DNA of 64,000 bases from a bacterium (lineage in GTDB: Bacteria; Omnitrophota; Gorgyraeia; Zapsychrales; Fredricksoniimonadaceae): contig JAJXTI010000001.1 of the NCBI GenBank assembly GCA_021783915.1, forward strand, positions 1,540 through 65,539, read 5' to 3'. The notes under the pieces were generated by a model that worked only from the letters and a program-made list of their open reading frames with translations, was not told the DNA's origin and searched no databases. This document shows, in pieces, positions 28,145 to 38,129 of this stretch; position 1 is the first letter of the stretch, and each line of letters starts with the position of its first letter. The position numbers and the translations under genes were made by a program.

Positions 28145-28660
28145 TCATTTGTCTGCTTTAGGTGCTAAAACCAGCGAAACAATGCGGCCTTCGGCCAAGG
28201 GTTCTTTTTCAATGACCGCATGTTCTGCCGTCTTAGTGATAATTTTTTCCAATACCGCTTTCCACTGATCCTTAAAAGACATTTCGCGGCCTTGGAACAC
28301 CATGTTAATTTTTACCTTGTCTCTCTTGCTCAAAAAAACAATCGTCTGCTTCATCTTAATGTCCAAATCGTGATCGCCAATATGCGGCTTGATACGTATC
28401 TGTTTCAAATGAGTGACATGTTGGTGTTTCTTGACCTTGCGTTCTTTTTTTTCCTGGTCGTATTTATATTTGCTAAAATCTATAATACGGCAAACCGGAG
28501 GAGTCGCCGTCGGAGCCACTTCCACCAGGTCCAATTCATATTCATTAGCCAATTCTAAAGCTCTTTGTATGGAAACCACCCCCAATTGTTCCGAATTGGG
28601 ACCAATCACGCGTATTTCTTTGGAACGAATTTGGTTGTTTATGCGAATGTTTTTTAAAAT
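28145..28660 (-). CDS. infC: Translation initiation factor IF-3 (ATT start)
   Basis: RINNQIR..DLVEVAP..PPVCRIIDFSKYKY; GGAGG 7 nt before in-frame ATT at 28660. Confidence 0.95.
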   Translation of the reverse strand: MLKNIRINNQIRSKEIRVIGPNSEQLGVVSIQRALELANEYELDLVEVAPTATPPVCRIIDFSKYKYDQEKKERKVKKHQHVTHLKQIRIKPHIGDHDLDIKMKQTIVFLSKRDKVKINMVFQGREMSFKDQWKAVLEKIITKTAEHAVIEKEPLAEGRIVSLVLAPKADK

Positions 28661-28769
28661 AGTCTTTCCTCCGACTTTAGGTTAATAAATTTTTCATCGC
28701 CACATTTTCATAAAACACAAAAAACGGGCTTATTTAAGGCTCTTTATTATCCTTACTTTTTACTTCTTG

Positions 28770-31700
28770 TCAATCCCTCTGTTTCTGATACAGATTTGGA
28801 AGGATCGAAGGGGAAAACCAGTCGCCGCTGTGCCCGGAAGAACCTAAAAACAATCGCGAGGGATTTGGGATCGGCTGGAATTTGACAACTTGAAAATTAA
28901 ACCCTTGGAATGACTGAAGAGAAAGAGAATCCGGCTTGGGTGCTAAAAGACTTGATGCGCTGAATAATGAATTCTTGTTGTCTTTAAAAACAACTCTGCC
29001 GTTTATTGTTGAAAGATCTATCCCTCCGCTTTGAGCAGATGAAGAGGAGACTTGAGCCGCATTGACCACTTCTTTGATGCGAGCAACCGCATTGGACGAA
29101 CTGCCCCCGTTGGCAATACGCATTAATTGCGACATCCTTGAATTCGGTTCAAAAATATCCGTCTCCACCTTAGGAGAACCATCAATTTCGGAATCAGCTG
29201 CCTGAAGGACTTCATACAACGCCCTTAAACTTTGTTCTTCTACCTGCCTGCCATCTCTTTTCCTTAAATTACCCCATTCAGTGCGTTCATCCAAATAATC
29301 ATTGATTTCTTCCTTAAAATCAACTGGATCAGTGATCTGATGCTGGATAATTAACGGGTTTAGTAAATCCCATTCCAAACTTAAAGGTAAAGTTTCCCAT
29401 AATTCGTTCTTGTCCATATATTCGGCAATATCCGTCAACACTTTCACAGCGTCCCTGGCAATGGCTATTCTTCCGTTTAAAACCGGATACTGCTTAAAGG
29501 TACGGATTTTCGGCAGAAATCTTTCTACTAAAATGGCCCATACTCCTTTTTTATACGATTTTTTGTCTCTTTCCAGATCAGCAATGTCCAGATTTCTATA
29601 AATGTGGTAGGCCTCCGAGTAAGTCTTTGAGGAGGCCATTTCTCCTGCGGTATCAACAAAGCTGAATTCTTTTAGATCCTCCCCATTAACTTTTGCTCCG
29701 GCCATTCTAATGCCTTTGACCGGAAAATACGGCATCAGGCCAAAATAGGCATCCTGTGTATAGACGAGGATATGCCCGTCCACTGGATGGGCCTTGGATG
29801 TTGGGTCTTTTCTTGCAAACCGGTACCCATCCTTGATCGCTAGGTCAAGCAAGAAATATTCCAGGCCCTTCTGACTGGAAGCATATTTTCCATGAAAAAC
29901 AAACATAACGTTTAAATCATCCCAGGATTTTGCATGCGGCATCTTTTCATATTTCTTTTTAGCTTTCAATAACGCATACAGATATGCATTGCCGCTCCCC
30001 TTGTGCTCCGACGGCACGAAAATGACAGGAACGTCGTTTCTGATTAAAGTCCCCCGCCTGCTGCTCTCATACTCATCAAGATTGGAAGAATCATCAGGAT
30101 TTTCTGATACTATGACGATCAGGCCTACGGTGGGCTTGCCAGATGCCAACTCAATCCTGGCTTGCTCGTCGCCTTCACGATTGGACATCGCAACAATATC
30201 TTTTTCCCCCTGCTCACTTACCGTTATCTTTCTTTTCCCAGGTGGGTTAAGGGTTTTTTCTAATTCAATATCTTGTTTTCCGAGGGATGCCTCGGTGTCT
30301 TTTTTCCAAGCTATTTCTAATTTTGTAAAGACATGTCCCCAAGATGTAAAATAGGTAATGGTAAAAAACAACGCCGTGCCAACCAATGAAAATCTTGCCC
30401 CTAAGAATTTGTACCCTAAAATAATCGCCCCTATTGAGACAGCCAGCCAGGCGGCTCCAAGCACATATTTCATTTTTCCAAAGAAAGTACCCAGCCTCGA
30501 TTGATGGCGCACATCCTGTGTCAAAGGATTGGTCAAACTCCCTCCCCTTTTGCCGGCACTCTCCAATAATTCTTTGCTTTTAAACAGGATCCTGGCTTTA
30601 TCCGGATATAATCCCATGAGTTCATTGCCTTGGTCTAATGTTGAGGAAATGTCTTTCATAATTTTTCTGCTTGAGACATTCCAAAGCCTGGTCTCACCTA
30701 AAATAAATCGAGAAATTTTGGCCCAAGGCCATTCCGTAGGATGCCTGTTTGAAAATTTATACCGTATAACCTCATCAATGTTCCCGCGATGGGACAAAAC
30801 ACTGCGGTAAGTGACGACGTAGTCGATATACCTCTTAAAAATTTCATTCTGAGCCAGTAACTGTTCCCGTTGGGTATCATCTAAATCCTGGCCCTTTAGA
30901 CGATCCTTGATGATTTCACGCGTATCAAGGGCCAGAACTAAAACATAGTCAAATGTCCTCGAATAATTCTCCTGTTTTAAAGCCTCTTGGCCTCCTTCTG
31001 CCCCTTCCCTGCTGTTCATCAACTCAGGTGTATAGGGCATTTTCATCAGGGCTTCTTCAAAACGGTTAAGCACTGTATTGAACTCAGGGATCAAGACCTC
31101 CGCCTTTACTTGGCTTTCTTTGTCCCAATCAGCAACTAAATCATACCAAATTCTTAAAGCCGGCATGGTAAACTCATACTCATTTTTAGGTGGGGGGACA
31201 TCAAGCATGCTCTCAATGACCCTCGCATGATTTCTACCGTTAGTATGGGGGCGGCCATAAAATCTTCTATATATTCTTCGATTTAGGCTGGCGGAACCCG
31301 CGAAATGTCTGAAGATCCTTCCATACATTCTTTTTAAAAAACTGACCGTAAGGGCCGCTCCACATAAAAATATAACACTTAACTCGCTCTTGGATATCAT
31401 GGGGATGTGTTGATCATTGGTCCTTATCTTCCCGGCAATGTCATCCCGTATTGACTTTAGATCCTCAAGCATAGATTTAACCTGAGGGTCTTTGGCGGTA
31501 TTTAAGCACTCCAAAAAATATGCGTCAACCTTTCTGGGATCTGTTTCCAGCGTAATCCTATGCTCAATTTTCACCCACTCATCCTTGACCCTGGTCTCCA
31601 TCTTGCGGTAACCTGACCACGGGGTCCAAATACTCTGCTTCTTATCATAAACCAGCCATGCCCTGCTTAACGCTACCACATTAATCCGCGCCTCTTTGAT

Positions 31701-34700
31701 AGATCCCTCAGGTAATAAATGTAATTCTCCGGCGGAATAGGCTTGTAGGCCCACTAATGAATATTCCTCTTGCCCCGTTCTGGTGGCCATTTTATTTAAA
31801 GCATCCCTATAGATCCTTTTAACAGCAGCATTTGTCATCTTAGGCATGTCTGTCATCGCAATCTGTTTCCATGGACGCTGTTCAATTAAACCAAGGAGGT
31901 TGGCCTCTGAGCTCTCCAAGTATGTCCGCAAAACCAACGCTCGTCCTAGATCTGAGCCCATTAAACGATCCAGTGCAACATTACGCAGAGGAGTTGAAGA
32001 TGTCGGAAGCTCAAAAATTTGGTTCACTTCTGAAATATCTGCTTTATTTATGTAAGCTTCTTGATCCCCTCTCACTGATTCCCCTGGCCTTCCATTTAAT
32101 CCCAGAATCTTTAAATAATCTTCTTCGTAAGATGTCCTCGGAGCGGAAAGATCATACAATGGATCTCCCCCTTCAATCCCTGAGGCATTATTGAGGGTCT
32201 TTTGCGTTTCCTGGAGAGAGCTGTCGTACAGCATGGGAAGAACATTTTGTATGTTTCGCCAATCAGGAGAAGTTTTAAGATAATTTTCAGCATCTTGCTC
32301 ATTAGCGGCGATTTGAACACTAGTAATGACATCTGTTGTAAAAAATGCGTCGATGATTCCAAGATTATCAAAACCTCCCAAGATATAAACGTCATCAATA
32401 TCTGCCAAGGCCACCTTCCTTAAAATTGTATCATGGATCAAATCACGCAATCTCTTGGCCCTGCTGACATCCTGTCGGGTCTCCTGATTGTCAATATAAG
32501 CCCCCATCTGATGGTATATTTTGGCTAAATCATCAGTGTCCCAAAAATCGCTTTGTAAAATATTTTCTGTAGCAATCGAATATTTCGGTTGCTGGGACAG
32601 GAGGGTCAAAAAAACCTTGTTGGCTATTTCAGGAGATACTTGCGGGGATAACGCCGTAGGTGTTAAATTTGTCAAAACTTCCGGATGCAGGGTGATCATG
32701 TGGTCCAGGGCTTGAAACCCAAGGCCGGCAAGAAGAGGATTATTATTTTTCTCAGCTCCATCAATGGTTTGCATAAAAAACCCGACATCCCGATCCCTGC
32801 GTCCGCTCATGTATTTTAAAAGTTTCCAGATGACCTCAGGATATGGCGAATGATTAAGAACGTCTTTTAAGGCCGGAAGGAATTCTCCCTTGCTCTGGTA
32901 TTCAGTCAAAAAATGATCCAAGTCCTCCGCGCGCATATAAATATTAGGTTCACTGATTAAAATTTTTTTCATCTCTGCCAGCGGGCGCGGGTGCATCAAG
33001 GCCCAAGTGCTGGGGACATCGCTGTATACATGATAATTCACAGATCCCGGAACCAAAACTTGGCCCTGCAGTGGATTCGGGCCATTAATTGAAATACCCT
33101 CCGGAGGCCCAGGCAAAGCCAGCAACGGTGACGCCGTAAACCAATTAGTTGAAAGATGTCCTCCGATCGCTGAGGACACGGCCAAGGCAAAACGATTATC
33201 CAGATCAGTGGAATTGTCCTCTCCTAATACGCGCATTTCCCTTAAACGCGCTTCCTCTTTCAGATATTGGGCTTTAAGATCAATGAGGAGTGCGGCTTGT
33301 TTGCTTATTTGAATACGTTCCTGGCTGATTTGATAAGGCAAATATAAACCGGATTCCTCTTTCATTTTCCAGACAGAAAAAGCATCTTGATAAGCCTTTT
33401 CAGATTCCTTGATCTGCCGGCTTAAAAAATTAATGTTATTCACCGCCTCTTTGAGTTCTTCAGACAGCCTTACTTTGGTTGCCTTTATATTTAAATCAAT
33501 TCTTTTCTTTTCCAAGGCCATGATCTTTGTTTCTGCTTTAAGTCTGGAATTAAATATAGGAATATTGAACTGCGCGCCTAAATTATTGTTGCGAGTTACT
33601 TCGGAAGTCCGTTGGAGATATTCATTGTCGGAAATATTATGGATCGCGCTGGTAGCGGAACCCCCGTTGATTTCAATGTCCTGCGCGTAAAGAGTGGGCA
33701 GTTTTTCCAGTCCCTGCAATTGCGCTGCCAAATCCGTTGACTGGCCCGTGATCAGCGCCTCCTGCATCCTTGGATTGGGACTGTCCTTGCCGGTCAACTC
33801 CTTCTCCATCAGGTTTTGAGCGGCCACATCAATGGAAGAAAATTCTTTTCCCCAGGGCAGAGAAGCAGCTATAGGCCTGTCAAAATTAATATGGCCGTTT
33901 GCGTCCGGACCCATAAAACTATTTAAGGCCACCGTCCAATTCTGAAGATCATCCTCGAGAGCCAAGCGCTGGGCATGAATATTTTGGATCGCAAGATCAT
34001 ATTCGCTGTTTTCCACAGGCAGACTGAAGACCCCTGCCTGGCGTTTGAGCATCGCTTCCTTGGCCTTTTGCGATTCAGATTCCAACGCTTTCAATTGTTC
34101 GATTTTTTGTTCAGCGCTGCCGATGTCGATCAACAGATCCTGGGCCTCCTTGACCTGCTGAAAGACCACTGTCTGCATATGATGGACAGCCAGGTCAGTC
34201 GCTTTTTGGGCCATCCTTGTTTCTTTGGCAACTTTACCAGTCAAAAGGTCCGTGATGTTGCCCAAAATCTGGGAGACAATCGGTGAGGAAGCTCCAAGGG
34301 CGTTGCCCGATTGAAGTCCTCCTCCTATCATATTATTAAACATCCCTCGGGCCCCTCCATCAAAAGTTAATTTCCCATCCTTAAAATAAACACCCCCGTT
34401 TAAACTAAACCGAGTGGCTTTAGGCAAGGCCTCAGCCAATTTTTTCTGGATAATTTCAATGTTTTGAGGGCCAATCGCCAATTCATTGGAGGCAACGGCC
34501 TGCCGCACGCCTGATAAATTCACAGCAAAAGATGGGGCCCCGGGCATAGTTAGCGACGTATTTGACCGTGCAGTCCCTGTAAATGCATAGGGTGAAATTA
34601 AAGAAAACAGGTCTTGCTGCTCAAAAGGAGGAGGCTGGTTTCCGCCAACCCCTGCAGGCATCGGTGTCATGCTGCTGGCGGTAAAAGCGCCGAAAGCGTC

Positions 34701-37700
34701 CAGAATGCTTTTTTTTTCATTCTCCATCGGCACAATGACCTTGACCGGTAAATCAGGATAAAGGATGTTTTGTTGGTCCACCGCCATGACCTCAAGGGAC
34801 TGGTATTTACTCAAGTCTATAGAAGAGGCAAAGGGGGTTTGATTGACGGCAACCACCCTTCCGGGCAAGAATATCCCTTGTACTGTTTCAATGGCTATAG
34901 GATCTCCATCATGGAATGGCATGCCTTGGGGAAATAAAACAGGACCTTTGACATCATTGATACCTCCTATCAGAACCTTGCCTGTGCCTATGGTCAAAAG
35001 CCTGTCTTCTGCTTGAAATACTTTTGAACCATAGGTCAATCCATGGACAAAGCCACTATGTGGAGCGCGGATGTTCATGCGTTCAATTTGTTCATAAAGA
35101 AGTTTACCCCGAGCCAGAAGCTCGGCCTTTTGCGTTTTCAAATTGTCCAATTCAGCGCGAGGTATCATACGCGAGGCTTCTGCCGTCCCTATCTCCATGT
35201 TCTTGGCGGCCAAGGCCAAGGAGATGCTTTGATATTCATCATCTAAATGCTTATGGTCAACAACAGCCACTATCTGCCCTTCCCTGACATTCTCTCCTTC
35301 ATAGACTAAAAACCGTACCTGTCCTTGCATAGGGGCCCTGACCACATACTCCTCAACTTGCCTGACCTGGGCGATCGTCGAAATTTTTCCCGTAATAGGG
35401 ACAAGGGTTTGACCCTGCGTTTGGGGAAAAAGAAAATCAGCATCCAAGCTAAAGGCCCCTTGCGCGTCAGCGGTAGGTGCCGATGGGAAAACCCCGACAA
35501 ATTTTAATTGGGCCTTTTGTTGCAGTGGGTCCAGGGACCAATCAATATTCATAATACTCTTGGCCGGCACCCCATTAATCTTAAAATTTTTGATCCTGTT
35601 AAAATAATTTACGTCAAGTGGCAGTTTGAAGCTGACTTGCAGCCGTTGATTGTCATAATACCTTGCTAGCCGATCGTTCTTCGCTACTTGTTGGCCAAGG
35701 GCCACCAGCCAGTCACCATCAACCGTCATATCATCAGCCGCAATGACAACAGCTGCCTCCTTTTCCTGGCTGGCCTTGTCTAATTGCTGGTTGATCTCCT
35801 CTTTTTCTTGTTGGACCTTGACGAGTTCTTGAAGGGTCGCCGCCTGTTGTGCATACAATCCTTTCAGTTCTGTCAGTCTTTTCGTGATGATTTCTTTTTG
35901 GGAGGTCAATTTTTCAATACGCTTTTCCAGTTCTAAATTCATGATAGAACATATTTCTTCCCCGGCCAAATAATGCTTTTTATCAGGATTCAGGCCTGTG
36001 ATGACCCCATCGCTTCCTGCCAGAATATTATCTTCTAAAGCCGTCACCGATACCTTTCGTAAAAAATGGAATCCGCCGACATCGGCCTGCGACGATGACC
36101 TTGCAAATGCAACAGGATGAGAGGTTGCAACAACAGCAAACGCAGGTAAAGGCGGTCTGACAACAGGAGTAAACTTACCAAAGGTGCTCGGTGATGTAGC
36201 GACCGCTGTAAAAGTGGTTGCTGGCTGAGCCACCGGCGCTGCTGGTTGAACAACTGGTGGCGTTACCTGAACCCCCGGTGCTGCTGGTTGAACAACTGGT
36301 GGCGTTGCCTGAGCCACCGGCGCTGCTGGTTGAACAACTGGTGGCGTTACCTGAACCACCGGTGCTGCTGATTGAACAACTGGTGGCGTTGCCTGAGCCA
36401 CCGGCGCTGCTGGTTGAACAACTGGTGGCGTTACCTGAGCTACCGGCGTAGCCGGAACAAAGCCTTGCCATTCTTGTTCTAACTGCCCTAATCTCTTTTC
36501 TTCAAATCCCAAAGACCCCATTATCATCAGGCGTTGACCACCCTTCATCCAGGGATCCCGCACTAACTGCCTTTTATAGGCCATATCTTCTTTGAGGCCG
36601 GTAATGTCTTTTTCGACTTGTTCCACAGAGGAATGGTGTTCTTGGGCGTGAAAGACATGAGACGGTATGGTATCGGCATTGGCCAGACGCACTCCTCCTG
36701 CCAGAAGCATTCCGGCCCACAAAGACATCAACGTCTTTCTCGATACGCCGATGGGGTTTAACAGCACAGTGATTTGAGCATAATCTTTCCCGAACATCCG
36801 CTGGGCCTCAGGCAATTCACCTATCAGGGCGGCAGGCCTGAATGTGACATGCTCGGACGCATGAGTAAAAGAAAATCCGCCTGAAAAATATTTACGGGGA
36901 ACCACTTGGTGCAAATTTTCATCATAATCCTCGCGGATAAAATTGTACGCCCCTTTTTTGAGGGCCCGGAGATATTGGGCGTATATTTTTTCTTTTATCA
37001 ACTTTTCATGCAACAAAATTCCGGAAGTCTTTTTCTTGTCCGCATACACATCCTTGATCAAATCTTCTTTTAATCTTTTCTTAAACCAAATCGCAAGGAC
37101 AAGTGAATTAAACATCTGACGCAGGGAAGCAAAATATTTTCCTTTATTGACCTCTCGTTCCAATTCGGGAATGATAAGCTCACGCATTAATTGAGTGGAC
37201 AAATAATCAACCTGCGAGTTTTTTTCTGACAGTTTCTTGAACCTGCTGCTGTTTTTCTGCATGCTCAAATAATCCTCTTCAACCATCACTTTCAACCGGC
37301 TTTCAGCTATAAAAGCTGAGCCGTTGCCCTCATACACCACGGCCTTATCAGGCACCACCCAGACTTTATTGAAACTCTTGATCGGTACCTTGGTACTGCC
37401 GTATTCAGCTCGGGCTCTGTCAAAAATCCTTTTCCAAAAAATTCTGCCTAATTCATGGTTGGGATAGGTGAGGGAAGATGCCAGCTGTTTAAGAATATAA
37501 TCCTGAACCAGCATGTCACGACCGGCATTGGTGCCTTCAAAATCGGAAGGGATGATATGTCCCTTTTCATAAGGTGAGAGATTCACCCACAGGTCTTCTT
37601 CCGGAAGGGTCAAAAAACCCAAAAAATATTTAATAAGAAGGTTGACTTGTTCTTGATCGAGTTTCTCGGTTTGATTTCGGCCCGGGACATCAACCACAAA

Positions 37701-37901
37701 ATTGATCTTAAAGGGATCCTTAGGGTCGATGGCGATGGCTTTGAACGTAGGCAGAGAAAAAGCCCGTGAGGGGGTCATCAACGTGCCTGCCGGTAGCATG
37801 ATATCATTGGGCTGTGCGGAAAAGGCTCTGGCAGCGTCCGTCCCTATAATGTGAACGCCAAAAACAACGATAAAGATCAAACGAAAGACATTTTTTCGCA
37901 T
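28770..37901 (-). CDS. Giant 3043-aa multidomain exported protein: N-terminal domain, Pro-rich repeat, 2x HlyD/MFP-like, TolC-like, helical region, TM helices, nucleotidyltransferase-like region, GGIDL tail
   Basis: Uninterrupted ORF; signal peptide; VRAPMQGQV..EGENVREGQIV and IRAPHSGFV lipoyl half-motifs; NPRMQEA, LPTL, LGAQFNIPIFN TolC-like motifs; SGGIDLS near the end. Confidence 0.8.
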   Translation of the reverse strand: MRKNVFRLIFIVVFGVHIIGTDAARAFSAQPNDIMLPAGTLMTPSRAFSLPTFKAIAIDPKDPFKINFVVDVPGRNQTEKLDQEQVNLLIKYFLGFLTLPEEDLWVNLSPYEKGHIIPSDFEGTNAGRDMLVQDYILKQLASSLTYPNHELGRIFWKRIFDRARAEYGSTKVPIKSFNKVWVVPDKAVVYEGNGSAFIAESRLKVMVEEDYLSMQKNSSRFKKLSEKNSQVDYLSTQLMRELIIPELEREVNKGKYFASLRQMFNSLVLAIWFKKRLKEDLIKDVYADKKKTSGILLHEKLIKEKIYAQYLRALKKGAYNFIREDYDENLHQVVPRKYFSGGFSFTHASEHVTFRPAALIGELPEAQRMFGKDYAQITVLLNPIGVSRKTLMSLWAGMLLAGGVRLANADTIPSHVFHAQEHHSSVEQVEKDITGLKEDMAYKRQLVRDPWMKGGQRLMIMGSLGFEEKRLGQLEQEWQGFVPATPVAQVTPPVVQPAAPVAQATPPVVQSAAPVVQVTPPVVQPAAPVAQATPPVVQPAAPGVQVTPPVVQPAAPVAQPATTFTAVATSPSTFGKFTPVVRPPLPAFAVVATSHPVAFARSSSQADVGGFHFLRKVSVTALEDNILAGSDGVITGLNPDKKHYLAGEEICSIMNLELEKRIEKLTSQKEIITKRLTELKGLYAQQAATLQELVKVQQEKEEINQQLDKASQEKEAAVVIAADDMTVDGDWLVALGQQVAKNDRLARYYDNQRLQVSFKLPLDVNYFNRIKNFKINGVPAKSIMNIDWSLDPLQQKAQLKFVGVFPSAPTADAQGAFSLDADFLFPQTQGQTLVPITGKISTIAQVRQVEEYVVRAPMQGQVRFLVYEGENVREGQIVAVVDHKHLDDEYQSISLALAAKNMEIGTAEASRMIPRAELDNLKTQKAELLARGKLLYEQIERMNIRAPHSGFVHGLTYGSKVFQAEDRLLTIGTGKVLIGGINDVKGPVLFPQGMPFHDGDPIAIETVQGIFLPGRVVAVNQTPFASSIDLSKYQSLEVMAVDQQNILYPDLPVKVIVPMENEKKSILDAFGAFTASSMTPMPAGVGGNQPPPFEQQDLFSLISPYAFTGTARSNTSLTMPGAPSFAVNLSGVRQAVASNELAIGPQNIEIIQKKLAEALPKATRFSLNGGVYFKDGKLTFDGGARGMFNNMIGGGLQSGNALGASSPIVSQILGNITDLLTGKVAKETRMAQKATDLAVHHMQTVVFQQVKEAQDLLIDIGSAEQKIEQLKALESESQKAKEAMLKRQAGVFSLPVENSEYDLAIQNIHAQRLALEDDLQNWTVALNSFMGPDANGHINFDRPIAASLPWGKEFSSIDVAAQNLMEKELTGKDSPNPRMQEALITGQSTDLAAQLQGLEKLPTLYAQDIEINGGSATSAIHNISDNEYLQRTSEVTRNNNLGAQFNIPIFNSRLKAETKIMALEKKRIDLNIKATKVRLSEELKEAVNNINFLSRQIKESEKAYQDAFSVWKMKEESGLYLPYQISQERIQISKQAALLIDLKAQYLKEEARLREMRVLGEDNSTDLDNRFALAVSSAIGGHLSTNWFTASPLLALPGPPEGISINGPNPLQGQVLVPGSVNYHVYSDVPSTWALMHPRPLAEMKKILISEPNIYMRAEDLDHFLTEYQSKGEFLPALKDVLNHSPYPEVIWKLLKYMSGRRDRDVGFFMQTIDGAEKNNNPLLAGLGFQALDHMITLHPEVLTNLTPTALSPQVSPEIANKVFLTLLSQQPKYSIATENILQSDFWDTDDLAKIYHQMGAYIDNQETRQDVSRAKRLRDLIHDTILRKVALADIDDVYILGGFDNLGIIDAFFTTDVITSVQIAANEQDAENYLKTSPDWRNIQNVLPMLYDSSLQETQKTLNNASGIEGGDPLYDLSAPRTSYEEDYLKILGLNGRPGESVRGDQEAYINKADISEVNQIFELPTSSTPLRNVALDRLMGSDLGRALVLRTYLESSEANLLGLIEQRPWKQIAMTDMPKMTNAAVKRIYRDALNKMATRTGQEEYSLVGLQAYSAGELHLLPEGSIKEARINVVALSRAWLVYDKKQSIWTPWSGYRKMETRVKDEWVKIEHRITLETDPRKVDAYFLECLNTAKDPQVKSMLEDLKSIRDDIAGKIRTNDQHIPMISKSELSVIFLCGAALTVSFLKRMYGRIFRHFAGSASLNRRIYRRFYGRPHTNGRNHARVIESMLDVPPPKNEYEFTMPALRIWYDLVADWDKESQVKAEVLIPEFNTVLNRFEEALMKMPYTPELMNSREGAEGGQEALKQENYSRTFDYVLVLALDTREIIKDRLKGQDLDDTQREQLLAQNEIFKRYIDYVVTYRSVLSHRGNIDEVIRYKFSNRHPTEWPWAKISRFILGETRLWNVSSRKIMKDISSTLDQGNELMGLYPDKARILFKSKELLESAGKRGGSLTNPLTQDVRHQSRLGTFFGKMKYVLGAAWLAVSIGAIILGYKFLGARFSLVGTALFFTITYFTSWGHVFTKLEIAWKKDTEASLGKQDIELEKTLNPPGKRKITVSEQGEKDIVAMSNREGDEQARIELASGKPTVGLIVIVSENPDDSSNLDEYESSRRGTLIRNDVPVIFVPSEHKGSGNAYLYALLKAKKKYEKMPHAKSWDDLNVMFVFHGKYASSQKGLEYFLLDLAIKDGYRFARKDPTSKAHPVDGHILVYTQDAYFGLMPYFPVKGIRMAGAKVNGEDLKEFSFVDTAGEMASSKTYSEAYHIYRNLDIADLERDKKSYKKGVWAILVERFLPKIRTFKQYPVLNGRIAIARDAVKVLTDIAEYMDKNELWETLPLSLEWDLLNPLIIQHQITDPVDFKEEINDYLDERTEWGNLRKRDGRQVEEQSLRALYEVLQAADSEIDGSPKVETDIFEPNSRMSQLMRIANGGSSSNAVARIKEVVNAAQVSSSSAQSGGIDLSTINGRVVFKDNKNSLFSASSLLAPKPDSLSLQSFQGFNFQVVKFQPIPNPSRLFLGSSGHSGDWFSPSILPNLYQKQRD
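36225..36447 (-). repeat. In-frame 42-bp tandem repeat (about 5 units, PVAQ(V/A)TPPVVQPAA)
   Basis: Recurrent TTGAACAACTGGTGGCGTT units at 42-bp period. Confidence 0.9.
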
Positions 37902-38129
37902 GATCCATTTATAATCTATCCATATTAATTTAATATGAAGGTTAAATAAAATTTTGAATCCGGCACGTAAACGGCTGATTGAAAAGATGTTATGATGCAG
38001 AAATCATGTCCTGACATACCCGAATGTGAAGCGAAGGCATGCCGCAGATCATGGAAATGAAATTTTTTATACCCGATTTACGCAGGGTTATCTAGAATGT
38101 TTTTCTAAATATACTCCAGTTTCTGGGCG

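Noticed and set aside
36175-36471. Repeat array as CRISPR, or Ser/Gly-rich and LLVEQLVAL ORFs as real genes
   Set aside because: Units are contiguous without unique spacers, there are no cas genes, and the repeat is in frame within the giant ORF; the other frames are by-products
37940-38129. Possible riboswitch or leader upstream of the giant gene
   Set aside because: No recognisable aptamer consensus or terminator by eye; needs an Rfam scan
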